From Eutreptiella sp. 'Long Island Sound 2002' (taxonomy: Eukaryota; Protista; Euglenida): a stretch of 64,000 bases of DNA. Position 1 is the first letter of the stretch. Each line of letters starts with the position of its first letter. Under the pieces are notes generated by a model that was not told where the DNA came from, did no database searches, and saw nothing but the letters and a program-made list of their open reading frames with translations. The stretch covers positions 9,052,001 to 9,116,000 of the forward strand of contig OZ038379.1 in assembly GCA_964036045.1 (NCBI GenBank). The letters run 5' to 3'. A program made the position numbers and the translations under genes. Positions 1 to 12,806 of the stretch are shown one piece after another.

Positions 1-540
1 TGATACGGTGTGCCATAGTGCCATTGCCAACGTCTCGTATTCGGCATTTAAGGTTGTAGGGTATCCCTCAATAGTAGCTCGGAGTCGCCTTCAAGTGGCG
101 CTATGATCTCTGCTTGGGCGATCCTCACGGCGTATGATGCTCGGGCACGATTTGGCTAGTAGTTATAACCGCCCACGAGGAGTCATTTTGCACGCAATGG
201 CAATAGGCATAGGATGTAGGCTGCGCTTGACCGTTTGATATCGAGGTATCGAGGTATGCCAATGTGAAGTACCACCAAAACCTGGGGCAAGGTGCGAATA
301 GCGAGGCAAGTTGAGAGCAAGGCGCCTTAACCCACCGAAACCACGTGCAGCATCGTGTCTTGGTCTTGACCACGATAGCAACATGCAACGTTCACGTTTT
401 CGGTATTATGGGCATCCCTTTGTTAGGGCCTTGCCATTTTGTTACTGCAAAGCTTCCGCTTTGTGTGCATGCCAATCTAGTTGAAGAATATTACAATTTT
501 GCACGTGCCCTTGAGCCCACGAGTTTAGCTGATATCCGCA

Positions 541-888
541 CTAGCCGCCGTGGCGGTTAGTGTTGCCGAGTGGCAAAAAATCCCATTTTTCCGTCGGTGA
601 GTGCGGTGAGCTGTTTCGTACAAAGGAAATTGTGGGGAAGATCTTCGACCTCTAGGAAAATTGGGGAAATGGGACTGTGAAAAATGGGTGTTTCGTCTCC
701 CATGTTTGTCCCATTTTTGTCCCATTTTCCTCAGCCACATCCCTCCACAACCCACATCGTGTGCTATGCCCGCTATTTCTCCCCACATTTCCCCCCAGTT
801 TTCTCCATTTTCCCCCATTTCCCCCATTTTTCCAAACTTCAAAATCGTGGTTTGGTGAGTTGGTGATTTCGGTGGCGGTGAGCGGGGA
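541..888 (-). mobile_element. Non-autonomous Helitron-like element (about 350 bp)
   Basis: On the minus strand it starts with TC (888-887) after an A and ends with CTAG (544-541) before a T, i.e. A|TC...CTAG|T. There is a GC-rich terminal hairpin CTAGCCGCC-GT-GGCGGTTAG (541-560). The interior is GGGAAAAT/CCCATTTT low-complexity sequence with no ORF. Confidence 0.4.
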
Positions 889-1149
889 TCCGTGCCATAT
901 GACGAAACTATTCATGGCCTTAGTCCCCATTTCGAATCCTTTCATGCCTCTTTCACAGGAGCGCACAATTCTTGTATGCCGGGCTACACCCATCCAACTT
1001 CACCCCAATAGAGAGGAAGAGCGCTTGGAATCGGACGTACCACATGATTCAGGTCGTTTGGCTCCACTCCCTCCGTTGAGCAGCGATGACTACCAACGAG
1101 TCCAAAAAGGGTGAGGCATACGTTGGGCTTTTTTTTGCACCTCTTCCTC

Positions 1150-1210
1150 TTTCTCTCTCTCTTTGTCTCCCACGCACACACACACACACACACACGCACA
1201 CACACACACA
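1150..1210. repeat. (CT)n/(CA)n microsatellite
   Basis: Directly visible dinucleotide runs. Confidence 0.9.
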
Positions 1211-2055
1211 CCACTGTGTGTGTCTCCCTTTGTAGCTCACTCCCGTGCTTCGTGTGTCACCAAGCGGGCGTATTCCTCCACTAAAAACAACGCGATTCAA
1301 CCGATTTGGACGTTTTCGCAATTTTCTTCACCTCCCGCGTCCCGCGCGCACGCACGAAACCAACGGCAACAAAAGATTGCGCCGAAAAGTGCCCAAAAGA
1401 GACGTTTCTCGGCCGCCACTCGGTGATGTGTGATTTTTCTCGCAAAGGGTAATACACATGAACCCATCTGAGAGCTAAGGCTCCAACGTACAGAAAAAGT
1501 GTTCGTTGCCTTCAATACACCAAACGTTGCACGAGCATTGGCAAGGGAGCGAAGGAAACCCACACCGGCACACCCCGAGTGCTTCACACTTGTAACCCTC
1601 GTGCAACTTGCCGGGGTTGGATGTCATGACGACAAAATCACAAACATTTAATCATTCACAGTTGCACAGTTGTTCCAAAGCCTGTCTTCTCCACATGCCC
1701 TGCTGCCCTATGGGCTGGTGGGCTTGCGGGGGTAGACCACGCCACGCATCGCTGCATCGCGCACAGACCATGTTCCCACACTACGGGGATTATCGCAAAA
1801 GTGTGAAGACCTTCGAGTGGCACGGAGAGGATAAATTTCCCGTGGAGCTCGCCGTCCGCCACTACAGGTCGTCCTGCCCGGCGCTAACGACCCGTGCGAC
1901 CGATTTCTCTCTGTGCCTTTTCTCCGGCTTGTTGTTCCACATGTAGCACATGGCATCTTGTGCTGAGTCATGCATCTAAGGCTGGTGTCACGTTAGAACT
2001 GGATTGTTCCGCACCCCATCTTCACTTGATGCGGGATGGCCACGTGGCAGCAGAT

Positions 2056-2219
2056 AACACGTCCGTGGTGGCACAGACTCCGATGCCGGTTTGTCGGGTT
2101 CGAGTGGAAACCCGGAACGACGGACAGGGGTGTATTCCCAACACGTCCGTGGTGGCACTCCTATGCCGGTTTGTCGGGTTCGAGTGGAAACCCGGAACGA
2201 CGGACAGGGGTGTGTTCCC
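2056..2219 (+). repeat. Tandem duplication, 2 copies of an 80-84 bp unit
   Basis: aacacgtccgtggtggcac...atgccggtttgtcgggttcgagtggaaacccggaacgacggacaggggtgt starts at both 2056 and 2140. Confidence 0.9.
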
Positions 2220-3382
2220 TGCAGTCGGCACGCTTAAGCGATGGGGTGACTCCATGTTTGTGTCTGCCCATCTGTCGTTCGTGCCAAGATCTATCAACAA
2301 ACACCATTGTTCGCGTACCATTTCCTCTCTCCTCGTTGAACGACCCGCAGGCCGGTGCAGGTGCGTTGTGAACGGCAGAAGCTACTGGCACAATGCTGGT
2401 GTGCGGCGTAGTTCATCCCTCGAAGCATAGGGGACCCGACTCTTCCACTGAAAACGTCGGAGGGAGCTCATTGCATGGGAAGATCACCATGAAGAGAGGG
2501 CTGTTTCTTCGTGTGTCGTACGCATGCAAGCGGTGTTTGATCCTTTGCATGGTGTCTCCCACCGGTCTTTCGTGCCAAGATTTTTGTTTCTTCAAAGGGT
2601 TGTCTTTGCTCTCAATGATTGTTTTTCGGTAATTGCTTCATTACGATTGTCTCTTTGATTACAGTTTACAACGAATGCATGCTCCCGAAGGGAAGTAAAT
2701 GCACATTTGTGTGTGTGCCGGATCCCTTGAACAGCCACCCATAGTAGCACATGACCTGCCCCCTCCGCACGTTTCTTCTCATTTCGTGAGCCCTCAACCG
2801 CCGTCGCGTGGCCTCTGATTTCTCTTGGACACTCGTCCAACTCTCTGTTCCCGCCGCTGCCGGGTGGCCCGCAGTTCTTGCTTGGCCACAGAAGCAGTCA
2901 CCAGTGACCCTTCCTTTGTCCGTTACTTTTTTTTTCGTGGATGCGGTTGGTCCGGGGTCCAAGTGGGGTCGACCTGGAACAAACGGGAGGTTGCTGAACC
3001 GCTTGTTCGTTGCCGCAGTTTCCCATTCAAAGACATCACCAAGAATTCAGAGGTCGTGTTTACCAGAGGTGTGCCCTGCCGTTCATGGAAAGCTTGCCGT
3101 CATTGCGTGTATCGTGCCACGGCCGTCCGTGCAGTCTCATCGGCTGCTGTACGGCAGCCGTGCTCCGAGGAGCGGGTCCGAGTCCGAGAGGCCGGATTGG
3201 GGGGAGGGGGAGGCGCGGCAAATGTCTGCTGGTCAGTTTGCCACTGAAGGAGGCCAGCAGAGAGACCCGTTCCGCGTGTTTTTGGCATAGGAACACAGAG
3301 ATATTCTTGGCTTCAGAAGAGATGCACAACTGAACAGGTCTACATAGTCGTATCTTCTCATGTTTCTCGGACGGGTGTACTA

Positions 3383-3468
3383 CCGTAGCCGTGGTATTGC
3401 AGCTGTGCATCGCATGCTGGGTACCGGCGGATGTGCAGGCTCGAATGCTGCCTGGGGCTGCTTTTTTT
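3383..3468 (+). mobile_element. Degenerate tRNA-like (SINE head-like) sequence
   Basis: A-box-like gtagccgtggta (about 3385), T-arm/B-box-like gcagg-ctcgaat-gctgc (3435-3451), then a T7 run (3462-3468). It does not fold into an intact cloverleaf. Confidence 0.35.
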
Positions 3469-6400
3469 CCTTCTTGAGGGATCCTTGTTTCTTTACACTC
3501 CGGGGGCGATAACGCGTTGAGTATAGACAAAGCAAAACAGATGCCCCGCCTATGTTTCCAACGGGAAGTGGTTTAACTATGGCCTGTCTTCGCCAGGGCT
3601 GACACTCGCCATTGTACACACACACCCCTGAATATCTTTTGCGTTTCATTGACAAGGATACCCAGTGGCTATGCTGTACATACCGCGGCAGTCCTTGGGT
3701 GGACTTGAGTTTATTCGAGGTAATGCAGTTGTGGCTGAAGAAATTTGTTGTTGGGCGTAATGACGCCAGCAAAGTTCAGGATGCCAAGCGGCCTCTGAAG
3801 GCTTCTGGCACTTTGGCACACATCGCTGCAGTACCGCTCCCCTGGCCGACACGAAACGGTGTGGGCGGACACCGCAGACGTGAGGGATCTGGAAACACGT
3901 GCAGAAAACAGGGCATTCCGGAGTGAGGACCACTCACCGGCCCACAAAACCTGCAGTTAGAGCAACAACGCCCAGACGAGGTCGCCGTTGAAAGCCGTGC
4001 GAGCGCACAAGGGGCATGGGTGGAGCGTCCCATGTGGAGCACTCGTATTGAGAGGCAAGCACAAGGAAGGCAGCCTATGTGCTGCAAGTTGCATTGGTAC
4101 CGCCTTCCAGAACGTGCCCCCCCCCCCCCGGACAACACGCCTGCCCGCAACCGGACCCCCCGCAACAGCACGCCACCTCCCCGAGCCGCTGGTAGCACGG
4201 GGCCTGTCAAGCCCCCTACCCACGCCGGAACATCACGGCAAGGCCATCGCCATCGCTGCTTTGCCTTCTGTTCAGGAGAGCAGAAAGTGCCAGTGGTGAT
4301 GGATGGCATGGCGTACTACATCTTCTACCGGCCCCAGGGGTTCCAGGTGGACGGGTCACCTTTGCCGGGACCGTGGATGCATGTCGATGAGAGCATCCCG
4401 GATGCGGAGGACGAGGATGTGGAGCTCGTTGGAGGCGACCCCCTCAGCGATCCGCAAGGGGGTCAGGGGGAATAGTAGAGGGTCCCTGCATGGGCTCTGG
4501 GTCTGCAGTCTGGGTTCAGGGACGGGGTAGTCCACGAGGAGATGAGGGATGAGGGGAACCCCTTTTCTTCCACCGGCTACAACCGCAAGCACCGTTGTCC
4601 CGTCGGGCTATGCCTGGCCGGCAGACAAACAGTGTGGACGAACCCTCTGGAAGACTGACCTCGTTCAACAAAGCGGTCCCCCAAGAGCTTTAGGGACCGG
4701 TTCCCTCGGAGCTGAGTGTTGAGCATCACCTGTTGCGTCTGGCATCCTGCTCCATCCTGCTGCGGGGGTGGAATGAGAGGAAGGAGGCGCTATGCTGCCA
4801 GAAAATCATACCTCCCGCACCACCCACCGGCTTGGAAGCCCCCAACTAACCCCCTGACCCTACCCCTCACCCTAACCATGGAGAAACGCAAACGGTGGGC
4901 CACCACAGCAGCTTGCTGGATTGTGATTGGCCAGAAGTCCATCGATGCCACCTGCCAGGGGAGCAGCAGCATCTCAGGGCTTTGTCCTAAGCCCCCCCCC
5001 CCCCTTCCCCGGAAGGGGCCAAGTAAAAATCCACCAGACGTCCAGTGGCGGGTGGCCCGTCGCGGGCCTCAGTGATGGGGATTCCAGGTTCAAAGGGCGG
5101 CGGGCAGTCTGGGGACACCGCAGGATTTGCAGTTGCCCTCCCCCGAGTCATCGCAGGGCTGTGTTCCCGCATGCATGACCTCTGTCTGGGTCGCCCTCGC
5201 TGCACGAATGGAGGAGGCGAAGGGGTGGCACCGTCTGCGACGTCGGCCATGCTGCGCCGGGTGTTCCTCGTGTCGTCTGGCTGACTTGTGAGCGCTGTCG
5301 GTCTGCGATCCCCACGTCCCCAAGTGCGATTTCCCCAAACCCCAGGCATGGCTTCAGACATGCCTCGGTAGCTGTCGCCCATACAAGCTGGCCATGGACC
5401 CCTCCACCATTTTTCCCCTTCTTGAAGCCACAGCCCAAAACATTCCCTGTGCAGCCAAACATGCATCACTCAAATCTCGGGCTGTCCACGATGTTCGAAT
5501 GGGGGACGCGATCGAGATCAGACATCATCTGAGCATCGTGATCACGCGATTCCACATTGGAAAAGCGCTTTGTGGCTTTCTCTGCCTTCTTGGCTCGCAC
5601 CGCTGCGCAGCAACCGCACTTCCACAACCCCTGATCCTCACCAACCCCCCCCCTCCAGCCCCCAACCCCACCCCGACCCCAACCCTCCCAAAACCCCCGA
5701 AACTCACTCCAACCCACAAAATCCCACCGCACCAATGTAATACATCCCCATATCACCACCCCCCCCTCCCCCAACCGCCCCACCCCCGAGGTCCATTCGG
5801 TTGGCCCTCTGACTTGTGGTGGAGGGGTACACGTTTCCGTGGGACGTAGTCCTGGAATCCCAAGGGATCCCGCCAAAAGGCAGGGACTTGGGGTGTGCCG
5901 CAACTCCATCCGTCAAAACTCAAAACCCAACCGTGCGAAGGAACTCCGTCCAGGCAGGTACTGCGTATTGGTGTATGGGTGTGCGTAGAGTACAGGAAGG
6001 TGGTAAAGGACGTGTGAAGACACGGACGGTCTGATGGGGGGCGGGCCTCATCAAAACACAACCGAGTGCGGTGGGCGGGAATCACCAACCGCCAAACCCA
6101 CACCGCCTTTGATGGTTCGGCCGCCCTGCCCCTCCTGTGGCCAAGGAGATCCCCGGCACGGTGTCAGATCAGGGGCGCATTTGTGCCGTACTCCTTTGCG
6201 GCCTGGCTGCGTGTTGGAATGGGGGAACGGAGGGGGGGGGGGAAGGTGCACGCGACCCAAGTTTCCGCACCCCTCAGATTTCTGGGCGTTGTCAGTTTCC
6301 CCACCATTCTCTCCATGAAAAACGGATCGTAACGGTTTGAATTCGCACCCCCTTTGCAGCAAGGGGCGATGCGGGGCCTCAGCCTCCCATACCCGCTCTC

Positions 6401-8654
6401 CGGACCTCCCTGGACCACGCAACCGGGGGGCGGGTTCCGAAAGGTGGACGGAGGGGCCCTGTCTGTGCTGTTATACCCAAAGCCCAAGGCTTTTTTGCCC
6501 CGGGAGTTCCCCACGTGGCGGTGGACCCAATGGTGGCGCGATGTCACGTCGTTGCCTCAGGGCGTTTGGTGCCATCGCTTCGGTGGTGTCCCCCGCAGTT
6601 ATGTTATATGTATCCCTGTCCAGGGCTTTGTATCCGCGCGTCCACGGATCTCCGCATGCTGAACCCATTCGGACCATAGTTTTTGACGGTCCGGTGTGTG
6701 TTGAGGTAAGTGTCGTCGCGCAGTCAGTCACAGCGTTGTTGGTGCACGGGATCCCTGTGTGGGCCGTGGGGCCCGCCACAGCCACACACGGCCAACAGAG
6801 CCACAGCCACACCACGACAACCACGGCCAGCAGCGCTTGGGTACAAGGCGCGGTTCCCTTTCTGGGCGTGGAAATCAGCGGGTGGATGCCGTGAGAGTGC
6901 ACCGTGTGGGGCGCTGCCCGGGCGCAGTGGATGCTCCGCGGAGAGTCTCTGTGTCCCGTTGCGAGGCGAAATTGCCGCTGGCCCCCCAGGAGGTGGTGGG
7001 GCCCCCGCGCCCAGACCAGAACGTGCTCGCGGGCGACACGTACGTTGAAGACGAGTTGGACGCGACTGAGCGTTCGGACTTCCGCGTGCTGTCATTTGGT
7101 GGCGGCCTTCCCCGGAGGCGGGACGACCGCCACACGGAAGCGAAGGCGCTATTCCAGCAGAGCTGTCCGCCAGGACCCGAATTTCGTTTTGTTAAATGAG
7201 GACGGCCCTCTGGGCCGGCGGTCAACTGCTGGCAGCAGGTGGGTAACGCAGCACTTAATGAACGAGGTCCGATGATTTAGCACCGATTGCCGTCTTGTAA
7301 CCGCCAACTGCTGTCGGTTGAATGCCGCTCTCCATCAAATAATTGCCCGTCACTGATTGGCGAACCCCTGCTGCCGTCGGACGACTGTTTTTTTTGTTCT
7401 GGATTCCAGGAGGATGCTTGAGTTGTGTTTGTAATTTGCAGCGCGCTGCGCGTAGGCGAATCGCCGGTGCAGTTGCACCGAATCAGGGTGGGCTGCGAAC
7501 AGGAAATGGTCACGTGGCTGTCTGCAGTTCGTTGCTTTCCACCCCCAACGGCCCACCAACCATTTTGTAGCCGCCAGACTTTGCCCCTCATTCATTTTTC
7601 CAACGACCAGTACCTTTGCCGACCACTTTTGTAACTCCCCGTCAGTCCCCTGGGTCAGGGATGGAGGGTTACCTGAGTATGCAACAAGTCATGGATGGGT
7701 TGCGACATCGCCTTCCCCGTGAGAGATTGGGCTATTGCTAAGGTCTGTGATGGTGCATTTCTTCCGGACACAGGGTCAATAATGTTCGGTGTGCCCTGAT
7801 CTCGATGGCTTATGAGGAGCACCAAACATGGCAGCGGATGGGGAATACCTGCTGCCTCCCGAACAATAACTCCCAACAATTCCCCTTTTGAACTGACCCT
7901 AAAAGATTGGATGTGGGCCGCACGCGCCGAATGCCGGGGTATTGCACGACTACCCCCTGGGTGTGCGCAGTCGTGTGTAGGTGTGTGGCGTGTGGGTGGA
8001 TTGGGGGCGAGGAGCCCCCCGCCCCCCCCTGGACCCCCCCTCGCTAGAACCCCCCACCCTCCTCCCCTTCTAATGTGCAACTGAACACCGAAAATTTGTG
8101 GAGGTGAAAAAACCATTTTGGCGGCCTACATCAGTGTCATGTTGCACTGCTCTACAGGTCCCCCCTTGATGGTTAGTCCACCTGTCTCCACCGCATCTAT
8201 TACCCACTGATCCGTCAGCGATGGGTAGGCTTGCTGGCCCCTCGCGAGGTGCTGACAGAGTCCTGCAGTGCCAACAAAGGGGTGGGGTGGGTGGGGGGTT
8301 CCAGGAGGTGGTTTGGCAACATTCACAATTCTTCTGTGAGGGTGTACCACCGAGAATGTCGAAACCGAAACAACGTGTTGAGGTTTCATGAGGTCAAGTT
8401 ACAGACCATTGCTTCTGAACTTGCATTGCGTTGCCTGTTGTGTGGGTGCGGTGTGGTATGATGAGAAGTAGCCAAAGGGATGAAGCTGCAATTATTCTTT
8501 TCTTTTTGCAGCAGCATTGGCGCTCTTCCATCATTGCTATTGTCACACCAGACAAGAAGTTGTGAGTAATTGGACCACCGTGATAGTGGGCACTGTGTGC
8601 TCGTGCGGGCTTCTGGTGGCATTCAGAGAGGGATATTAGTGCTTTGGGCTCTGT

Positions 8655-8990
8655 ATTCGGAGGCAGGTCCGTTAACCCCCCTTATGGGCCATCTCATGTT
8701 TTGAAGACAACGGATGCAAGCAACTCAGCTGCCACACAAGATAATGGAGGGATGAGGTTGAGATTTGCGCATCGTGCTCCTGGAAGCACACCACCATACT
8801 TTGTGGTGAATGTAATAGGAGTTAGGCAGAGTGAATTGACCCACACACATGTGGGGACGATCCAGGGTACGATGGAGATAGGTCGGAGGAGTCTGAAGAA
8901 GATGAGGAGGAGGAGAGTGAAGAGGAGGATGAGGAGGATGAGGAGGATGAATCCTGCAAGCAGTGGACGGACGAGCAGGTGGAGCACTAA
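8655..8990 (+). pseudogene. Decayed C-terminal fragment of a PIF/Harbinger-like transposase with Cys/His finger and acidic tail
   Basis: Reads CIRRQVR*PPYGP...ICASCSWKHTTILCGECNRS*AE*IDPHTCG...ESEEDEEEE. It is homologous to 51700-51920 in this window. Confidence 0.5.
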
Positions 8991-10358
8991 GAAGCAAAAA
9001 ACTAATATGGAAATTCAAAAATGCTAAATACTAATTAATCAAAATTACTCAAAACTGACTTTTTTGCCATAAAACTGAAAATGTTTTCTTGAATTGCATC
9101 TAGCTGGATTCGAACCAGTGATGTCTTTTCAGCATTGTACTGATTGCCTGTCGCAGACCAGGGGTACATGAACAATGAGTTTGTGCTTGCTCGAGTTTTG
9201 GGTCCCTCTACACAAGGTGAGTGGTATATTTGCATTATGTGTGAGCACAATGGTCATGGACAAGAGCATGTTGCCCCACCAGATTGTGTCACTTTCCCTG
9301 CAACTGCACGCACCGTGGTGTCCTGACAGCGTGTTCGGTGAAAGGTAAAACGAACGAGGCCATGCATTTCATCACGTCTGAACCCCTGAGAGACGTCTTT
9401 CAGGAGAAGAAGGCCTCATATTGTGTTGATGGTGCACCTGCCCACATGCATGCCTCTATGTGCAAGGTGATGCACAAATTGGGCACAAATTGTATGTTTC
9501 CCCACCAAATAGCACAAGCTTGTGACAAGGTGGAGGTAAACAAGAAATTGAACTGTGAAATGGAGGAATTGTTCAACCCTTGGGTCATCCATGTTTGTTA
9601 AAGGACACTAATGCCATTCGTGCACCTCAGATGTCTCAGTTTGGGCAGTGGATAGAAAGGGCATGGGCTTACATCTTATATGATGAATTGCGCTGAGCCA
9701 TGCGAGAAGCCATTGTCCAAAATGGAATGAAGTTGAGGGGTAGGGTTGGGTGATGTCTGCAACGTGTGTAATGTGTCGTATGCAAACACAGGCTTGTCCA
9801 AACACTGCGACTGTTTCTGCATGTTTATCGAACCTGGCACGAGGTCAGCGCAAGGGGGGGGGGGGGGGTTTACAATGGAGTTGTAGTGGAAAAGTCTGGT
9901 TTGGGGGTTCTTGTGCATGTTCCCCCATGGGAAGGGGGCCGTCATTTGGTCGCCGTTCCTCGGGGTTGTGGGGACCATCGCGCGTCCTGGGGGGGGCTTC
10001 ACAGGGGCTGGCGGGGCTACTCACCTCACGAAATGACGTCCCCCCCCGTCTGTGGACGCACAATGCAGACAATTTCCTCGTGCAAGCCCAAACCAGTGCA
10101 CAGACCCGGAAGCACCAAGCGGCACACCTATTGAGCCTTTGTGGTCCACCTCCCCCCCAAGGAGTCCGACAGAATATTCCTCATGGGGAAATCAGATTGT
10201 CATGGTCGATGACAATTGGGGGCTATTCTGGCACCAAAACGCTTGCATCCGAGGACCCCCGCCCTCCCCTCCGCCGCGGAGGGTGGTCGTAGGCGCAAAA
10301 CATGTGAAAGGTATGTGTACGTCATCCGGTGTCTCGCAGGCAGACACTTGTGACTGCA

Positions 10359-10721
10359 ATGGTCGCAGTGATTCCGTGTGGCACAAGTGCAATGGAGTGG
10401 CCCCGCCGGGCCGCCGTCGTCACCACTCTGGCGTTGGTCCTGCTGACGCTGAGTGGCACCCTTGCCTATCAATGGGGCGGCCGCAGCGTTTCCGCTTTTG
10501 CCCCCCCCAGCGCCTCTGCGCCCGGCCTGGCCCCCCGCGCGGCGGGCGTGGCGCCACAGCATCGCGGAGCTCCCGCCGCCGCCGCCGCCCGTCGGTCCCC
10601 CATGAACGTCGCCTCTCGCAGCTCCTCAAGTCTCGTGCCGCCCCCCGGACCCCTGATTCGGTACCGCGGCGTCGCCCCGGAGGCAGCGTATGTGCCGTTG
10701 CCGGGCTCTCCAAATGCGGAG
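10359..10721 (+). CDS. Plastid/thylakoid-lumen protein, exon 1 (signal peptide plus transit-peptide-like region)
   Basis: Hydrophobic AAVVTTLALVLLTLSGTLAY is followed by a Ser/Ala/Arg/Pro-rich, acid-poor stretch. Donor GAG|gtgtga at 10722, phase 0. ATG 10392 is an alternative start. Confidence 0.75.
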
Positions 10722-11541
10722 GTGTGATGCCATATCGTGCCGATCCCCGTTCCCCAGTCCTGGCGATGCAACCCCCACAAAGCCGCCAGTCGTGTCGTCC
10801 GTTCACCTCCGCAGCCAATCAACCTCCAGGGCTTTACGGACCGATGTTTGTCTGAACTAAGGGGAGCCCTTCGGGTCGGCAGATACTGGCCAACCGCCTG
10901 CGGCCGCCGGCGGTCATGAGCGGTGCAACGCGGAATCCTTGTGCCTGCCGTCCCCGTAGCACGCTACAGGGAGGGATGTACTCCAGGGGTGGAGGGAGCC
11001 GTTTCGAACCGGATACGAACGTTCCTGAATCCGAGGTGCCTAACCACTGAGCTGCCCGCTCCCGAGGTGGGGCTGGGTGGCCCTTCCGGGTTCGAACACG
11101 ACGTTTCTCGGGACCTCCTCCACGTGTCACTCAATGGGATTGGTTGGGACAACTACACTTTTCAGCCTCTGACCACTCCGCTGCCGGTGAACCCCTTCCC
11201 ACCCGCCGGCAATTGCCCGCTGCTCCGCAAAAGTCATCGCACGCATTGTGTTCGGTCAGAACTCCTTTCAACCACTTCTGAGCCCTGCAGGACGTGTTGC
11301 GGCGCCTTCGGCCCGGATCGGATGGCAATCCACCGACTGCACCGGACCCGTCTGCAACAACAGCGGGCGGTGACATGACAGCGCTTTGCCGTTGGGGGAC
11401 GGCGTTTGGGGCTCAACCAGCAAAACCTGGCCGGTGACTGCCACCCCATCGTCCCTCTGATGCCATTCGCACGGGGCGCTGCGTCTTCCCTCCCCGTCGC
11501 CTTTCAAACCTTAGGACAGCGTGTGACCCTCTCTGTCGCAG

Positions 11542-11607
11542 GCCTATTGGTGGTTCGTCAGTGGTGCGGCATTGACCATGTTGGGGGCTGTCTTCTTCAA
11601 AAGGCAG
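11542..11607 (+). CDS. Plastid protein exon 2 (second hydrophobic, stop-transfer segment)
   Basis: ctctctgtcgcag|GCC...CAG|gtgcag gives 22 codons, AYWWFVSGAALTMLGAVFFKRQ, a TM segment followed by basic residues. Confidence 0.7.
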
Positions 11608-12632
11608 GTGCAGAATGCCTCTCCCATGGAGGCCCTACCGCTGCAGGTGTGCACCCCAGTGCCCCCACACGCACGGAAGTACCCCAGGCAGCAGGCAAGC
11701 GGGACGCGGCCCATGCGCACAGGGCCCAGCCGGGTCAAGCGGGCGACCGCAGTGGACGCGAGCCAGGCGCAGGGTGGCCGCGCAGGGGCGGACGCCGCAT
11801 GATCCCTCGACAAGGGCGGCTCTCATCGAGGTGAGGGGCCAGGTTTATGTGGATGTCCTGCCCGCCAGCCCTGGAATGACCAGTGGTCCCACACGACAAC
11901 TGACCCCGCTGACCCACGCTGGTGTCCCTCCGTGACTACTCCGTGACGACGGTTGTCCCCCCTGCATTGCAATGTCCACATCCACCCGTCCTTCAGACTG
12001 ATCAGCGTGTCCCGGTGGTTCTTATGAAGTATGCACGTTGGGGTCGCCATACCTCCTCTCCTCTGGGGGCTTCCGTCAGGGGTGCCCTTCTGGAAGGGGA
12101 GCGGGCGCCAGAAAGTGAACTCGAACGCCCCTGCCCCCTGCCTGCGTATGTCTTTCACCGCAACCCATACACATCAGCAACTTCCACACGACACTGGCAA
12201 TGGCTGTCTTTTAGCGAAATGTGTCGGATGTACTCGTGAATCGCACACAAGAACCGTGTCCCACACTTCCCAGCCCACGTGGTGGGGGTCTGGTCACGTT
12301 TCCCATTGTTTTGGTTGCAGAAGCCCCATTCCCAGCGGCTGCACACCACTGCACGATCTGTATCTGAGTCACTTGAGGCCGCTCTGACTTGTGCTGGAAG
12401 GGCCAGTGCAACTGGCAGCAACGCCTGGGCAGGGCGGGGGGGGGGAAGAGCATTTCCTTTGTTTCATGTCGGAAGTCCCTGCCCTGTGTGACCCCTGTGT
12501 ACGCCCTCTGTGTGCCCCCTGTGTGCGCCCTCTGTGCTTTCTGCCCTCATGCCGGCACCCTTTTCTCTGCCTTCTCTGGCCGCCCCCCCTCGCCCAGCCT
12601 CCCTGGCCTTTTTCGCACCCCCGTCCTCTCAG

Positions 12633-12806
12633 GGGCAATCCCGGCGCGCATGGCTTGCGCAAGTGGCCTCCGCCAGCACCGCCGCTGTCATTGGCGCCTT
12701 CGGACCAGCTCAAGGGGCCCGGGCAGACGAGTGGACTCAACCGCCGGAGGAAGTGTCCGGCCTCGTTGTGCTTCGGGTCGCGGAGGTGGCCGCCTTCCAA
12801 GAAAAG
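12633..12806 (+). CDS. Plastid protein exon 3 (twin-arginine lumen signal plus start of mature protein)
   Basis: Pyrimidine tract then ctctcag|GGG. Encodes GQSRRAWLAQVASASTAAVIGAFGPAQGARA/DEWTQPPEEVSGLVVLRVAEVAAFQEK, then AAG|gtacgt. Confidence 0.85.

Noticed and set aside
2056-2219. Repeat pair as a possible mini-CRISPR or structured RNA
   Set aside because: It is only two adjacent copies without a spacer, i.e. a simple tandem duplication.
4900-7270. Protein-like fragments (e.g. VEGYTFPWDVVLESQG, PKAFLPREFPTWRWTQWW, VPFLGVEISGW) suggesting a decayed retroelement
   Set aside because: The fragments are in different frames with no diagnostic RT or endonuclease motif, so no family can be supported.
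8230-8460. PiggyBac-like C-terminal pattern (RRWF..NIHNS..LRFHEVKLQ), with similar hints at 48200-49250 minus
   Set aside because: The similarity is too weak, and no DDD core or consistent TTAA-CCC ends were found.
9100-9170. tRNA-like T-arm CTGGTTCGAATCCAG on the minus strand
   Set aside because: No acceptor stem, D-arm or proper anticodon stem can be built around it.
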